DNA of 61,245 bases, the filler included, from Hausera hauseri (lineage: Eukaryota): NCBI GenBank assembly GCA_046269625.1. It is 11 parts of 11 records of this genome, joined end to end, with 100 filler letters (N's around TTAATTAATTAA, not from the genome) between each part and the next. Parts side by side here need not be neighbours in the genome. Positions count along the whole stretch, not along the records: positions 12,412 to 17,339 come from JBJURY010389146.1; positions 17,440 to 22,165 come from JBJURY010460134.1; positions 22,266 to 27,018 come from JBJURY010449468.1; 8 more parts are not named here. One strand, given 5' to 3'. The notes under the pieces were generated by a model, which was not told the origin of the DNA, ran no database searches, and saw nothing but the letters and a program-made list of their open reading frames with translations. The position numbers and the translations under genes were made by a program. Shown piece after piece: positions 12,412-24,639 of this stretch; the stretch's first letter is position 1, and each line of letters begins with the position of its first letter.

Positions 12412-15400
12412 AGGTGATTGATCCTTCAGCCACACAAACTTGGCTGAGTATAAATTCTTCGGAATGTACGATTTGTTATTGTTAAATAGGCGATATAACG
12501 AATCTGAGCTGACCTCAACGAAGTGAGACTGTGTCGCGTGAATGTTTTCGTTCGTCGGATTGTCGTCGAGGTCGGAATGTTCAAACAGAGCCCGTATTGG
12601 AGTCCAAAAAGTGCCTCGGTTGGAGCCCAATTTGTGGTGGTGGAAGGTGTGTTGCGCCACCCGAATAGAACAAATGCTAGGATAGACGTCCAATTGCGAT
12701 GATTGTCCGCCAAGATTTTTAAAGAGATTTTCATTGTTCGATGGAACCTTTAAAGAAGGCCATTTGATTGTGGTTCATACGGTGTTGTATAGAAATGTGA
12801 TATCCCTAACCGTTTACCAAGCGATTAACATGTTCCAATTCGAACTGCGGACCTTGCTCCGTTACGATATGCCGTGGGTGGCAAAGCGACTGATCCAAAT
12901 TTTAATGAAGGCATCGGCTACTGAATCAGTGTTTGTTGACAGGAGAGGAACGACTTCAGGCCAGCAAGAAGCACTATCTATCATGGTGAGGATATGTTGA
13001 TACCCATTGTCAGAAGGTAAGGGTCAAACGAGATCAAGATGGATGGTATGAAATGGTAAAACGGCAGTTTAAGATGTTTGTTGACTTTGTATTTTTGACA
13101 AACTACTCATTCCTTAACTCAGCCCTGTACATCTGTGCGCATTGACGGCCAAACTACATGACGTTGGAGCAAGTGAAACGTGGCTTTTGAGCCTGGATGA
13201 TAAAGTGAATGTGTGTGAAGGAAAGCTGGTTTCTGCAAAGAAGAGCAAGAATAATTTTTTTATTACCGAGGTTAGATGTTTCGTATGCAATGCCACCAAT
13301 GATTTGGAAGGATTTGAAAGAGCTAAGGCTATCAGCAGACGGCTGATTAAGCTTTAGAATTTTGGCAGAGAATATTGGTTCAACCGTAACTGAGCCGCCC
13401 AACCGCGATAGAAAATCCGCGATAAAATTCTCAGTACCTGAAATATACTTTATGACAAACCTAAATGTAAATAGGTAGGATATCTCTCGTTCATGCCTCG
13501 GTGATGGCTGTTTTAGTGACGTGATGTGCAGCAGAGGATTATTGTCGGTTTGGATGACAAAAGAGCCAAAGAGGAGAAGTTGCTTGAAATGTTTTACTAC
13601 CAGAACCATGGCTAGTAGCTCAAGATCAAATGTTAAATATCAGCTTTCTGGTTGTGTGACGTTTCGAGAGTAAAATTCTAAAGTTCCATCGACGCCGTTG
13701 AAAATCTGATGTAGTATTGCACCAGTAGCTGTGTTAAAGGCATCGGTGGCCAGTATTTCGACGGTTTTAGGCCTGTGCGTAACTGATCGAATTTGGTGAC
13801 TAAATTGGGATTCCACTGGATTAACTTTCTTTTCTTTCCAGATGAGAGGTGTGCGAAAGGTGTTGTAAGCTCACAGCAAAGTGGTACGTATTTATGGATG
13901 AAATGTAGTTTGTCTAGAACACCCCTCATATCTGTAGTGGTTGTTTGTAGTGTTACATTTTTCAACTGCTATAGTCGATCGGGTTGTGGAGAGTGGCCGT
14001 TAAGAGTAATGAGGTGTCCTAAGAAATTGACACATTTCTGAAAGAAGTTGCATTTGGAGAAGTTAACTTGTAAGTTGCTATGATGTAGTCTGTGAAAAAT
14101 AATTCTCAGATATTCATGGTGTTGTTTGACGGAGTTGGTGACAACTAACATGTCATCGATGTACGGGTGAGCAAAATCAAGGCCTGAGAGAACGGTGTCG
14201 ATGTAGCTTTGAACGGTTTGGGCTGTGTTACGTAAACCGAATGGCATAAACATGTATTCGTAAATGAAGTGATGACAGCAGTCTTTGGAATGTCATCGGG
14301 TGCAACGGGAATTTAATGGTAGGCTTTGTACACGTTTATTGTGTAATAGGTATTGGTGTTGTTAAGACTGTGCAGGGTGTCCTTTATGAGCGGTAATGGG
14401 TAATTATCCATGACGCTTAGATTGTTTATTTGACGGCAGTCGTCACATGATCGAAAAGTACCGTCCTTTTTGCTACATGTAATGGCGAAGCACATGGCGA
14501 TTTTGACCTCCGAATGATACCAGATTTTTCGAGTTCGTCAAACTCTAATTTCACGGATTTTCGTCAACGAGGAGATAATGGTCTCACCTTTTGTCTGATA
14601 GGTCTTTGGTGTTGGCTGGCTGTGTGGTGATAAGTTGTTGATGGGGCTAAAACTAGAGTCCTTTTTGAGTATGCGAGAATAAAAAGCAATGATATAGAAT
14701 TTGAGATTGGAATCTAGTGATAAAAATGATTGAGGCATATCATCAGTGGAGGTGGTGGCTGTGATTGGTGAAGAACGATCTACATTGCCACCATCAACAT
14801 TCGGTTTAACCGACTGTTTTAAAATCAACTTCGATATTTGTTATGTAATTGAATAAATAGAAAAATGGCTACATGTATCGTTATCAACCGACGGACAATT
14901 TGCCAAATTCACATGTGAGTTGGCAGACGAAGTACCCGTTCAGCTATCTGAAAGACAATTATTAATGTTCACGACGACGTTTCTACGTAGCCTACAGGCA
15001 TACTTGCAGCCAACTAGCAGATTGTATGTAGCCAAAAAATCTGAGCCGATTATGGGCGATTTAATATTGGCCACGTGGAATTTCTAGACAAACATATCTG
15101 GTAAGTTTGAAAATGTAAAACCAGTTCCGTGGTACCTGCAATGTGCAAAGGTTGACCGCTGGCAGTGCAAAGCGGGGGAGAAGAAACTTCAGTGGCTATA
15201 GGGACGACGGACAAAGGGAGGAGTGAAAAGGCAGCTCCTGAATCAATAAGAAAACTGATATGTGAAGCATTGCTAGCGAACAGTGCAGCTTTTAAAAAAA
15301 ACTGCGGAGGCTGTGTTAAAACGGCCAGAAGACTGAGCGGTACTGCCTATGCCAGAATGTGCCGTGACATGGGAAGCATTTTTAGTTTTTTGAAGATTGT

Positions 15401-15760
15401 GGAGGAAAAGAAAATGAATGATAAGAGCAAAGAGGAGGAGATGGAAATGAAGAAAAACCGAAGTTGTTTTTGTAATGTTTACATTCCGGAACACACGATC
15501 TGGCTAGAGAGTGAAATTTTGTATGATAAATGTAGATACGGCTGTCCACCACAAAGCGTTTGTCATAAAATTTACAGCCCAAGAGATATTTCTCTGCGTT
15601 CCTGCGAAATGTACTGTGATAAAAACAAATCATTCGTCCACCCGGAGATTTAGAACAAAATGATTGCCTGAAGAGGTTACGCTCACTCTATGCGCGGGTC
15701 TCAGCTCGCCGAGACATAGACAGATTACTTAATTGGACGGTGATGACTGAAACTGAATGT
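12412..15760 (-). mobile_element. Decayed Gypsy (CsRN1-like) gag-pol remnant
   Basis: CFYHSTFRRNAEK..GC (gag Cys-His motif); FLIDSGAAFSLLP (protease); MDNYPLPLI, MPFGLRN..PYIDDMLV (RT); RNase H; integrase ..WRNTPSTT. Confidence 0.9.
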
Positions 15761-16099
15761 TGCAGAGTATAGTATTGTTTCTGCATTAATTGTAGTTGCT
15801 CTGCGAAAACAGTCGTGCCTATATGCGATGAAGTATGCGTGGTTGCTGAAGCTACGGGTTGCGAGTTGTTAGTGTGAGGAATTGAAACGGATATTAATGT
15901 TTAAATTTAATTCAAAGATAATTCAGTAAACAACCAATAGAAAATCAGAAAATTCAGAAAAGAAGGAAAATAAGCCCCATTTCCCGAGTGAAGGAGATAA
16001 AATTTATATAAACTTTGATAATAAATCTCTTATGGATAAGTCTATTTTACAATCTTCAACTGACGTTGAGGACGGGATGGTAGAGACATGATCTACTAA

Positions 16100-17339
16100 C
16101 ATGACGCTCAACGCTTCAAGAGACTCCTTCGAGAAGAAATTGATGCCAATAGAATTTCACAAAGGTGACAACGTGTAAACCTTTATTACAAAATGCGAGA
16201 GATACTTCGACTTCATAAATATGTCGGAGGCGGTCTGAGAAATCGCGGTCCTGTGCCTGTTGGCGGAAGAAGAACAGAAAAATACCATCTGGTAAGCCAG
16301 AAGGTGAAAGGGTACGAAAACCGGTTGAGAAAAGCCTTTTCAAAACTCACAACGCTGTGCGAACATCTCAAGGAGTCCTTGAACTACAGAATGATGGGGG
16401 CAGAACTAGCTGCCTACTTCAACAAAATTGAATAGCTGGTGAAGAACATCTTTAGCCACAAATTAACGTTGGAAGCTCTAACAGAGGAACTGATGATCCA
16501 CTATTACGACAATCCGGAGATGAGAAAGGAAATCTATCGCAGTGATGATAAAAGCGTCGAACAAATCAAAGAGAAAATACGGAAAGTCCACGAAGTGGCA
16601 ACAAAGGCGAAATAGATAAATAAAGTCAAAGAATACACTAAACAGTGTCGATGGAGTTATCGGGATGTGGTGGTGCACAAATTTGACAAACCAAGACAAG
16701 AAAGGAGGGATTTCAAACTGCACAATATTCAGGCAAAGAGGATGATGAAATGCTGGTCGTGGCAGAAAGACGGGCATACAAGCAAGACATGCAACATAAA
16801 GCAAGCACCAAGATGTTTTAATTGTGGGAAAGAAAGTCACATTAACAGGAATTTCCCGGAAAGGAAACCCATAATATGCAAGGGGTGCGGTCAGCAAAGA
16901 CACATAAGACGAAACTGCATAAACATAAAATGCAATAGATGTCACAATAGAGGGCACAGTGAAGAAGAATGTTATACAAAATTAGACAGGAGCAGAAGGG
17001 GACAAAATGCGTATACCGGCAATTTCAAACGTGCGGGGTATGGTCAGAAAAGATATGGAGAGAGGGTGAACAAAAGATACGCATTCGTTGAAAACATTGA
17101 CGAACACTATGAAGAATCCATCTGAGTCGACAACCCCAAAAGGCAGAGTCTCGACAGAAGTGGAGCTAGTCGGGGCAGTATATTAAACAAATCCAATGAC
17201 TCCCAAAATATTCAAAAAATGGACAAGGTATTGAAGAAATGAAGGAAAGAACAGAAGAAAAGGTACGGAGGTTCATAAAAAGGAAACATTTGGAAACAGA
17301 AGTGAAGATGAACGATTTACATAAAGTCAAAACAAGAGC
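16100..17339 (+). mobile_element. Retrotransposon gag-like remnant with four CCHC zinc knuckles
   Basis: CWSWQKDGHTSKTC, CFNCGKESHINRNF, CKGCGQQRHIRRNC and CNRCHNRGHSEEEC in ORF 16667-17125; upstream frames disrupted. Confidence 0.7.
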
Positions 17340-17439
17340 NNNNNNNNNNNNNNNNNNNNNNNNNNNNNNNNNNNNNNNNNNNNTTAATTAATTAANNNNN
17401 NNNNNNNNNNNNNNNNNNNNNNNNNNNNNNNNNNNNNNN

Positions 17440-18009
17440 TCCTTCGTTTCCTTGTGTACGTGGTAGTCGGCCTTCAGGATACAATCGGCAAACATTTAGG
17501 AATACACGATAATCTGGATAGCTGTCTGAATTTGGATACATTTCACGATAAACTGTTGCTGCATCATTAGCATTACATTTAAATTCCCCATAAATGCGAT
17601 GCATGTTAGCATGTTCTTGTACAGTGTACGTTTTCGGCATCGTAATAAAACACTAATAAAATATTAGTCGTATTTGTTTGAATCTTTGAATCTAAATTAC
17701 GCTAAATACAAAATGTAGTGTATAACTTTTCAACAGTCGTAAACATACTCGAATATTTAAACAAAAACATTTTTATACAGTCCAGTGTGAGCAGTCATGC
17801 ACCAAATACAGTAATAAAAATATGAATAATTTAAAACTCTAGTCAAATTACCGACAAGGTTCCCTGAAGGTAGTGATTTTTTAGATTTTTATTAAAATGG
17901 CTCGTACTTGAGAACCGTAGTACATAGGACGCTAATTTTTTGTTACGACGTCGGCATACATAGGCCTTTCTCCCATTGCCACCTTATTGTGACGTTCTGA
18001 GACACACTG
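17440..18009 (-). mobile_element. Left end of a Tc1/mariner-superfamily transposon: TA-CAGTGTGTCTCAG terminus and DUF4817-like HTH transposase start (ORF from 17640)
   Basis: Minus strand reads TA|CAGTGTGTCTCAGAAC at 18011-17994; ORF MPKTYTVQEHANMHRIYGE..NANDAATVYREMYPN..YPDYRVF is cut by the contig end. Confidence 0.75.
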
Positions 18010-18306
18010 TATATCCTTATTTGCACAATCAATACCTCGATAATTGATATTTCTTTCGCTTATATAGCTTTTATAATTATGTGTATGTTCTTATGCATCT
18101 AACCACATATTTCCATTTTAACTGACGTATGTAAATGGAGATGTTTAAAATTTTTTCATTACGCGCATACGTTATTTAACCGGCAGCCAGTTTATTAGTA
18201 CCGGTTCCCGTGGGTTTTGATGACTTTTTTCACCGACTTCCAAAAGTGAAGTACCTGTGACGTGTACCCTGTGATGATTTTCCGGTTTATCGATCTTTGC
18301 GGGGCC

Positions 18307-18361
18307 GGACAATGATTTATTTCATTTCGGACAACTTTATCGGATAGTCCTCGTCAGTCGC
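18307..18361 (-). ncRNA. Hammerhead-ribozyme-like motif
   Basis: Minus strand CTGACGA-GGAC(loop)GTCC-GAA-ATGA(AATAAA)TCAT-T: core boxes and stems II and III are perfect, stem I is poor. Confidence 0.5.
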
Positions 18362-19504
18362 TTTCATTCGATATATGGGACTCCATAATCAGTCTGTGAC
18401 GTCATCGGTGCATCGTGCACCGTTCATCTCCGTGTTGTTAGGCTACTCATCAACGGATTGTTAAGGGACTTGTGGCACTTCATCAATAACGTTTTCCAGT
18501 TCCCCTTAAAGCCGGTCCTAACTCACTTTTACTCAATCGCCCGTGCACCCGCGGTACATCCGATCGACTTCGTTCCTTCACCATTCGATGCGCCCTGTCC
18601 GTCCCTTCATTTCTATGTGCCACACATGACCATTAATCTTTTCCTCCTAACATCTGCTTTTTGGTTCCGTCCCCTTGCTTCCGCAGTGCATCGTACAAAA
18701 TTGCCTGTAATTTTTGAAATCTCCGTTGCCGAATTGACAAATCCCGAGCCAGTGTGCGCATCAAGCACTCTTCGTGTTGGCTGCACGGGGGGAGGCGTGA
18801 GCCAGGACCGGCATTTTTCTATTACTGTACATGTATCAACCTTAATAATGCGTCGCATCATATTCAGTATATTTGAATTCAAAATCTTTTTTCGATTGGT
18901 TTCTTTGGGGTATGAAGTATATTTATATATAAACTTGTATCACCAGAAATAAAATATCGTTAATTTTTGCTATTTTAGAACTATATGATAGCACTACACT
19001 ACGAAATTCTCTGTACATCGAATATTCAACAAACCCACATTCACAATCATTACAATCTCTGGATAAGGACAAACTATATTGCATTTTGAATTCAGCCTCT
19101 AACGCTACCTTACTATTCAACGTTTCATGAAAGTCTGTAATTTGCAATAAGCAAGAGTTCCTTGTTAGATTGAAAAATATTGAAACGTAAATGTGTTCAG
19201 AAAACGTTTATATGCACTGTATATTCATTCGGCAGAATCACATTACGGTTATATTGATATTAACGAATGTAAACAATTAAAATTCAATGCATATTTTACC
19301 AAATCTACGGAGTATGATTTTCAACACTGTTTCACGGAAAAAACATTTCCATAATTTCATAGTAACAATAGTATCCAATGAAAATTTAACAAATGAAATA
19401 ATACCTCCGTTCATTGCTTTTCATAGATGAGTTGTTGCTAGGCTCCTGATTGCGTGATTCTTAAGCCAGAATAAGACTGCGTCAGTAACAAAACAATTTT
19501 ATAT

Positions 19505-20533
19505 ATGGCCTCAATAAGAAAAATTGTGTGGTTTATCTGTCTTTTACTTCTGATATTGCAGTATCTGTTACTTTACAATTATCTGAATAATATCTATCAA
19601 ATAACAAAAGAAAAGGTAAACCATACATTTATTTTTCGAAAAGGTTGTCGAATATCCACTGTGGAACATTTGATTCAATTGAGTAAAACAAACAAATTTT
19701 CCAGTGGAATCCCAAATATACTTCATCTGGTATATTTAACTGAAGAAATTCTCGAACAATACGTATCATATCTCGAGAGCTGTTTGAAAGTTAATCCGAA
19801 GATGACAATTGTTTTGTGGACAGATTTTTCGGCGTTTAATTTTGTGAAAAAGTATTTCCCAGAAAGACAAGACATGTATGCGAGTTTTTTCAATCCTAAA
19901 AGTGAAAAGCTGAAGCGATTCGATATCATGCGATACTTTATTTTATATAAAATTGGTGGAATATACATGGATCTTGATACTTTATGTCAAAAACCTTTCA
20001 GTTCAACAATGCCAAATCATTCGTGTTTCTTATCAACAGATGTTAATGAAAAAATAAACATATTGTACAACATGGAATTCAATGCCATGACAAGTCTTAT
20101 GGCTTGTGTACCAAATCATGAGTTCTTTGCTCAAATGGTTGCGAAACAAACCAGAGAAAATTTTGAATTTATTTTAAGCCACACCGGTCCTATTCTCTTA
20201 ACCAATAGATTTATCGAATACACAAAATCTTTGACTTCGACAGAAAAGAATGATTCAAAAAAGGCCATTCAAGTCGTTCCATCACATTTGTATTCACCAA
20301 GAATTGAATTGAATCTTAAACCAAATTGTGCAAGACCAACCGAAAAATGGAAAATTATAGGTTGTAATCAACTAGACGGATATTTACAGAAACAGCCAGG
20401 TCTAATTGCAAATGCCACAGCAGTGCACTACTTTCTGCATTTGGGTTACAGCAATATAGAAGGTTCCATTCAGAAAAAACGTGATGTCTGTGATTTTAAC
20501 CATGAAATTAATTTAATCACGAATAAAATATGA
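19505..20533 (+). CDS. Glycosyltransferase family 32 (DXD sugar-binding, SUR1/OCH1-like), type II membrane protein, 342 aa, intronless
   Basis: N-terminal TM helix; IPNILHLVY, LWTD, RFDIMRYFILYKIGGIYMDLD (DXD), MACVPNHEFF and HTGPILLT motifs; uninterrupted ORF in AT-rich flanks. Confidence 0.92.
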   Translation: MASIRKIVWFICLLLLILQYLLLYNYLNNIYQITKEKVNHTFIFRKGCRISTVEHLIQLSKTNKFSSGIPNILHLVYLTEEILEQYVSYLESCLKVNPKMTIVLWTDFSAFNFVKKYFPERQDMYASFFNPKSEKLKRFDIMRYFILYKIGGIYMDLDTLCQKPFSSTMPNHSCFLSTDVNEKINILYNMEFNAMTSLMACVPNHEFFAQMVAKQTRENFEFILSHTGPILLTNRFIEYTKSLTSTEKNDSKKAIQVVPSHLYSPRIELNLKPNCARPTEKWKIIGCNQLDGYLQKQPGLIANATAVHYFLHLGYSNIEGSIQKKRDVCDFNHEINLITNKI

Positions 20534-21696
20534 AATTTTGTAAAGTATTTCAGAATATCAATATTTATTGAATTACATGAATGGTTATGCTGCTTGTAAA
20601 CGGCAAAATTGGACGGTAAATTTGTGGTTTTCATGCTGCCAATTTGTATTTTGTTTGTGTGTATGATTGGATACTATTTTTATTAACGAAACCATGACGT
20701 TTAATTCCATCATATCTGAATATTTCCAGGCTTATTGTTTTTTAGTAACTTTTTTTAATCGTTTTTTTTGTAATTAATTTTTAAATTTCACATTCAGTTA
20801 TTTTACAGAATTATTAATTCACAAAAATTTATGTTCACAAATCTCAATGTATTCTAGTATCAATGAAAATAAAAGAGAATTTGCAAATATTGGAAAATTT
20901 CAGCAATATTTATGAAGTAATTTTTGTTTCAATCCTTTCTAACGAGATTTCTTGAAGGTTATAGGTAAGTATATTGAGCTCCATATTTTAATGGTAGAAT
21001 TTTCAATTCCCAAAACTTTTAAGTGTAATTAAATGTTCGAAAAATAAGGTGTGTATGTAACTTGTCTGTGTGTATCTGCCTGTCAAATGTTCATTGACTG
21101 CATACAGGTGTGATTCTATAGCAAGGTACGTAATTAAATGGACAAATAGTTATTTTTTTCTGAATATCTGCATTAAAATTATTTCTATTTTACTAATTTG
21201 CGCAAACATTAGTAACTAAAATTTTCTTTCATTTCATACCAATTTTATTAAATTTCATTTACTTTTTTCTTTTGGGTATGTTATTAAATGCATGCGACGG
21301 TAAGCATTAGAAAGCGTATTTATTTACAAAATTCATAAAAGTCAATGAACATTTAGCAATATAAAGAATTATGAGGCATAATTTTAACTGATTTATTTTA
21401 ATGAATTTATATTATATCACCAGATTTTTCACATTTTTAATATTATTTTTGGTATGGATGTTGATTGTTTTGCTTTTTCTTAAACACTTTGATTGTCATG
21501 GTGCTATGACAAATTTGTTAAAACCAAAAAATATTGAATTTTTCCGTGCAAAAAACTGATCCACCAATCAAGTCAACGGCTTGATGTTTTTAAAATAGTT
21601 TATTGACACTGAAGTAACATATTCTGGCTCAAATCTTTATTATTCAATATGAATCATAAATGGAGTCCCGGGAGTTTTGCGATGAAAAGTGTGTGT

Positions 21697-22165
21697 ACTA
21701 GTGGGGGAAAATGGGCATTCGCCCTCCCCTCCTCCCCCGGGGTGTGTGCGAACCTATAAATCAAATAGCACGTGCTAATCGATAGTGCACATGGTGCACT
21801 ATCGATCGGTGGTGTGCTAGGCGACGATGCCGTTAGGCATCCTTGCTAGGCACATTTTTGCACATTTCACAAATCGATCGCTGCACAGTGCAGTATTGAT
21901 CGAACCGATCGGGGCAAAGTGCGAATCAATAGCACACATCAGTGCGCAACGATTGGTGCACAGTGCAGGTGCGTAGCACATGTACAAGTGTCCAAAAATT
22001 AATAATATCGGAATTCCGATAATTCCAATATTGATGATTAGGACATGGCACCGGGTGAAATAGAGAGCACATATGATGCAATATGTGAAAGTATGGAATA
22101 AAGGATGGTTCTGGACCAAAGGTGGAGGGGTCCACCCACGCACCAATTGACCAATCACATAATTC
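21697..22165. other. Palindrome/hairpin-dense GC-richer tract at the contig end
   Basis: TAGCACGTGCTA (21766-21777); 13-bp stem ATCGATAGTGCAC-ATG-GTGCACTATCGAT (21778-21806); GATGCC-GTTA-GGCATC (21826-21841); TATCGGAATTCCGATA (22006-22021). Confidence 0.8.
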
Positions 22166-23059
22166 NNNNNNNNNNNNNNNNNNNNNNNNNNNNNNNNNNN
22201 NNNNNNNNNTTAATTAATTAANNNNNNNNNNNNNNNNNNNNNNNNNNNNNNNNNNNNNNNNNNNNATTACATGGGAATTCAAATCAATTGCACAAATAAT
22301 GTCTAGATTACGCTGTGAAGGACTCACAACAAAGCCCATCCAAACTGGGTGCCCCCTTCCTGGTGGCATGACCAGTGGCTTCCCCAAATCAAAACTAACT
22401 GAAAACAAAACCCAACAGCAAAAACATCAAATGTTCTACTATTCATTCAAGACATTCTTACCTCATGCCACATTTTACACTAAGATCATCTTAAAAATGA
22501 GTTATAGCAATTTTTCCTGTTGAAAAACTGTTGCTTTGCTTTGGTGTTCACTTTAAAATGAGTACATGAAAGCCTAGAAATTAGAAGGCTGCAAGAGAGA
22601 AAAAAGTGTAGTATAAAAGGGGTTTATGGAAGGATTCATAAAGAAAAGGGTTCAATAAACCAGACAGAATTCACTTTAACCCAATTAAAGGTTGAGTGAA
22701 CGTGAATTAACAAGGAAAACTAAAATGGGTCAAGTGCATAAATAACCAGTCAGGCAAGACTGAACCAGACTTAAAATAACACCAAAAATCTGTCTAAAGA
22801 CAGATTGTAGCTACGGACCAGTGTTGCCACAATATAGATGGCATTTAAGAACATTCTAACTTTAATAATTATTTTGAAAGTGACATGTGAAGCGTTGGGG
22901 ACACAGAATTTGAAGTGAATTTGAATGTCCAAGCAGAAGATTTAGGCTTGCTTCAAATTTTTAGTTCTTAATTGCCAATCTTAGTGCTTGTGTGAATATT
23001 ATGTAATAGTCTCTTCGCATGTTAGAGGTTGGGATTTCAATTCACTTATAGTGTAGTAT

Positions 23060-23092
23060 ATGATGACGGTTGTTGTAGTCGAAATATGTCAT
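23060..23092 (+). ncRNA. Degenerate Penelope-type minimal hammerhead motif
   Basis: aTGATGA-cGGTTG-ttg-TAGTC-GAAA-TATGTC; C3 replaced by A and stem II wobble-rich. Confidence 0.35.
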
Positions 23093-23157
23093 GAAAACAA
23101 TACACATTTTGAAACAAATCTCACTTTTTTCAATTTTGTACATATAATTCCTCTATA

Positions 23158-23467
23158 CAGTAGCATACCCAGGATTTTACAAAAGAAGTTCACATAAAAT
23201 GTATTACACAATAGTAATATCTTCCTACACGATCCCCCATATGTAGCTTTTGGATTACAGCACTTCTTGCATAAACGGTTTGCAATATGAAAGTTTGGTA
23301 ATGTTCAAATTTATTCATCTTTAAATGTTTAAAAAATATACAAAAAATTTAAATTTTAATACGTCATCAAAAATAAAATTAATTAATCGATATGTTATAT
23401 TACAAAAATCTTGAAGTTCAATTACACAAGGAGCCTGAACCCCTGAAACCCCTTTGGTACGCCACCG
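23158..23467. mobile_element. MITE with CAGTGGCGTACC-type TIRs
   Basis: CAGTAGCATACCCAGG at the left end and TGGTACGCCACCG at the right end; AT-rich interior. Confidence 0.55.
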
Positions 23468-24639
23468 CCTACACTATTCTAAACAAAAATGGCATGCACT
23501 AAAGTGCAATTTTCAATGTAAGGGGAAAATATGCAAGGGCAAAACAATTTTTCACAATCCCAAAATATATCGAGAATCAATTGTGTTTTACTGCATAAAA
23601 TTTGCCTGCGACTTAATCTACAAATATTCAATTGAAAATTTGTAATGAATGATGACATGAATGACGATTTTTAGAAATATGTGTGCAAAGTAAGATAATG
23701 ATAAACTTGACTATATAGGGAGAAAAACAGTTTTTAATTGCAATATAATTAATTAAGAAAATATTTGGGAATATATTTATTTTACATTTACTATTAGAAA
23801 CTTTTTTTGTTACTTATGACCAATTATTCTGTCGTCTTATATAATTTTGACTATAATAATGGTCGTATATCGAGGTATTAAGCAAAATAATTATTCACTA
23901 CTAACGATTAATTAAAATTGTTCGACAGTATAGATACGGCTACTAATTACTACAAATTAAAGTATTTTTTATACATAAAGTTTTTGTGATGTCAGAGCTA
24001 ACTTATCAGACAATGAAAGTGGCTAACCAAGCCAGAGAAACAGTATTTTAATTATATTTCCTCAACTTAAGCATTTTAAATCTGTAGTCAGAATTAAAAG
24101 CCGAAAATCGGAAAAATTTACTTGTGTTAGTTCACCAGTATTTAAATGATGAAGGGTAATACAAACCTATTGATTTAAATAGTAAAATAAACTTTCGTTT
24201 AGTTACATAGAATCGGTTATTTCTCTCGTCAAAGAATATTCTCTGGATTTTCAAAAGTACGAAGTTTGTGACAATGTCGATTTGGAAACGGTTCTGATGG
24301 AATACGAGAGTTTTTACTACGTGAAATTTCAGAGATATCCGAAAATTGTCAAAAAATTATCGGGTTTGTTTTTCATTGGATTTACCATTGATAATTGTTC
24401 TAAAATTTATTTTAAATAAAGATTTCTGTTTCTTACAAATACTAGACTTGTAAGGCATAATGCAAGGGAGATATTCAATAAGTACGGCAATGGGCAATAT
24501 AGCTTGTAGCACTCAATATAGATCTTTTGTAAAATTATAACGCTAAAATTCCATTAGCTAAGAACGAAAACCGCTGTTTCTAAGAGTTTATTTTATATTC
24601 GAAATTTTTATTTGTTACCTCCAGCATTTTGTATTTAAT

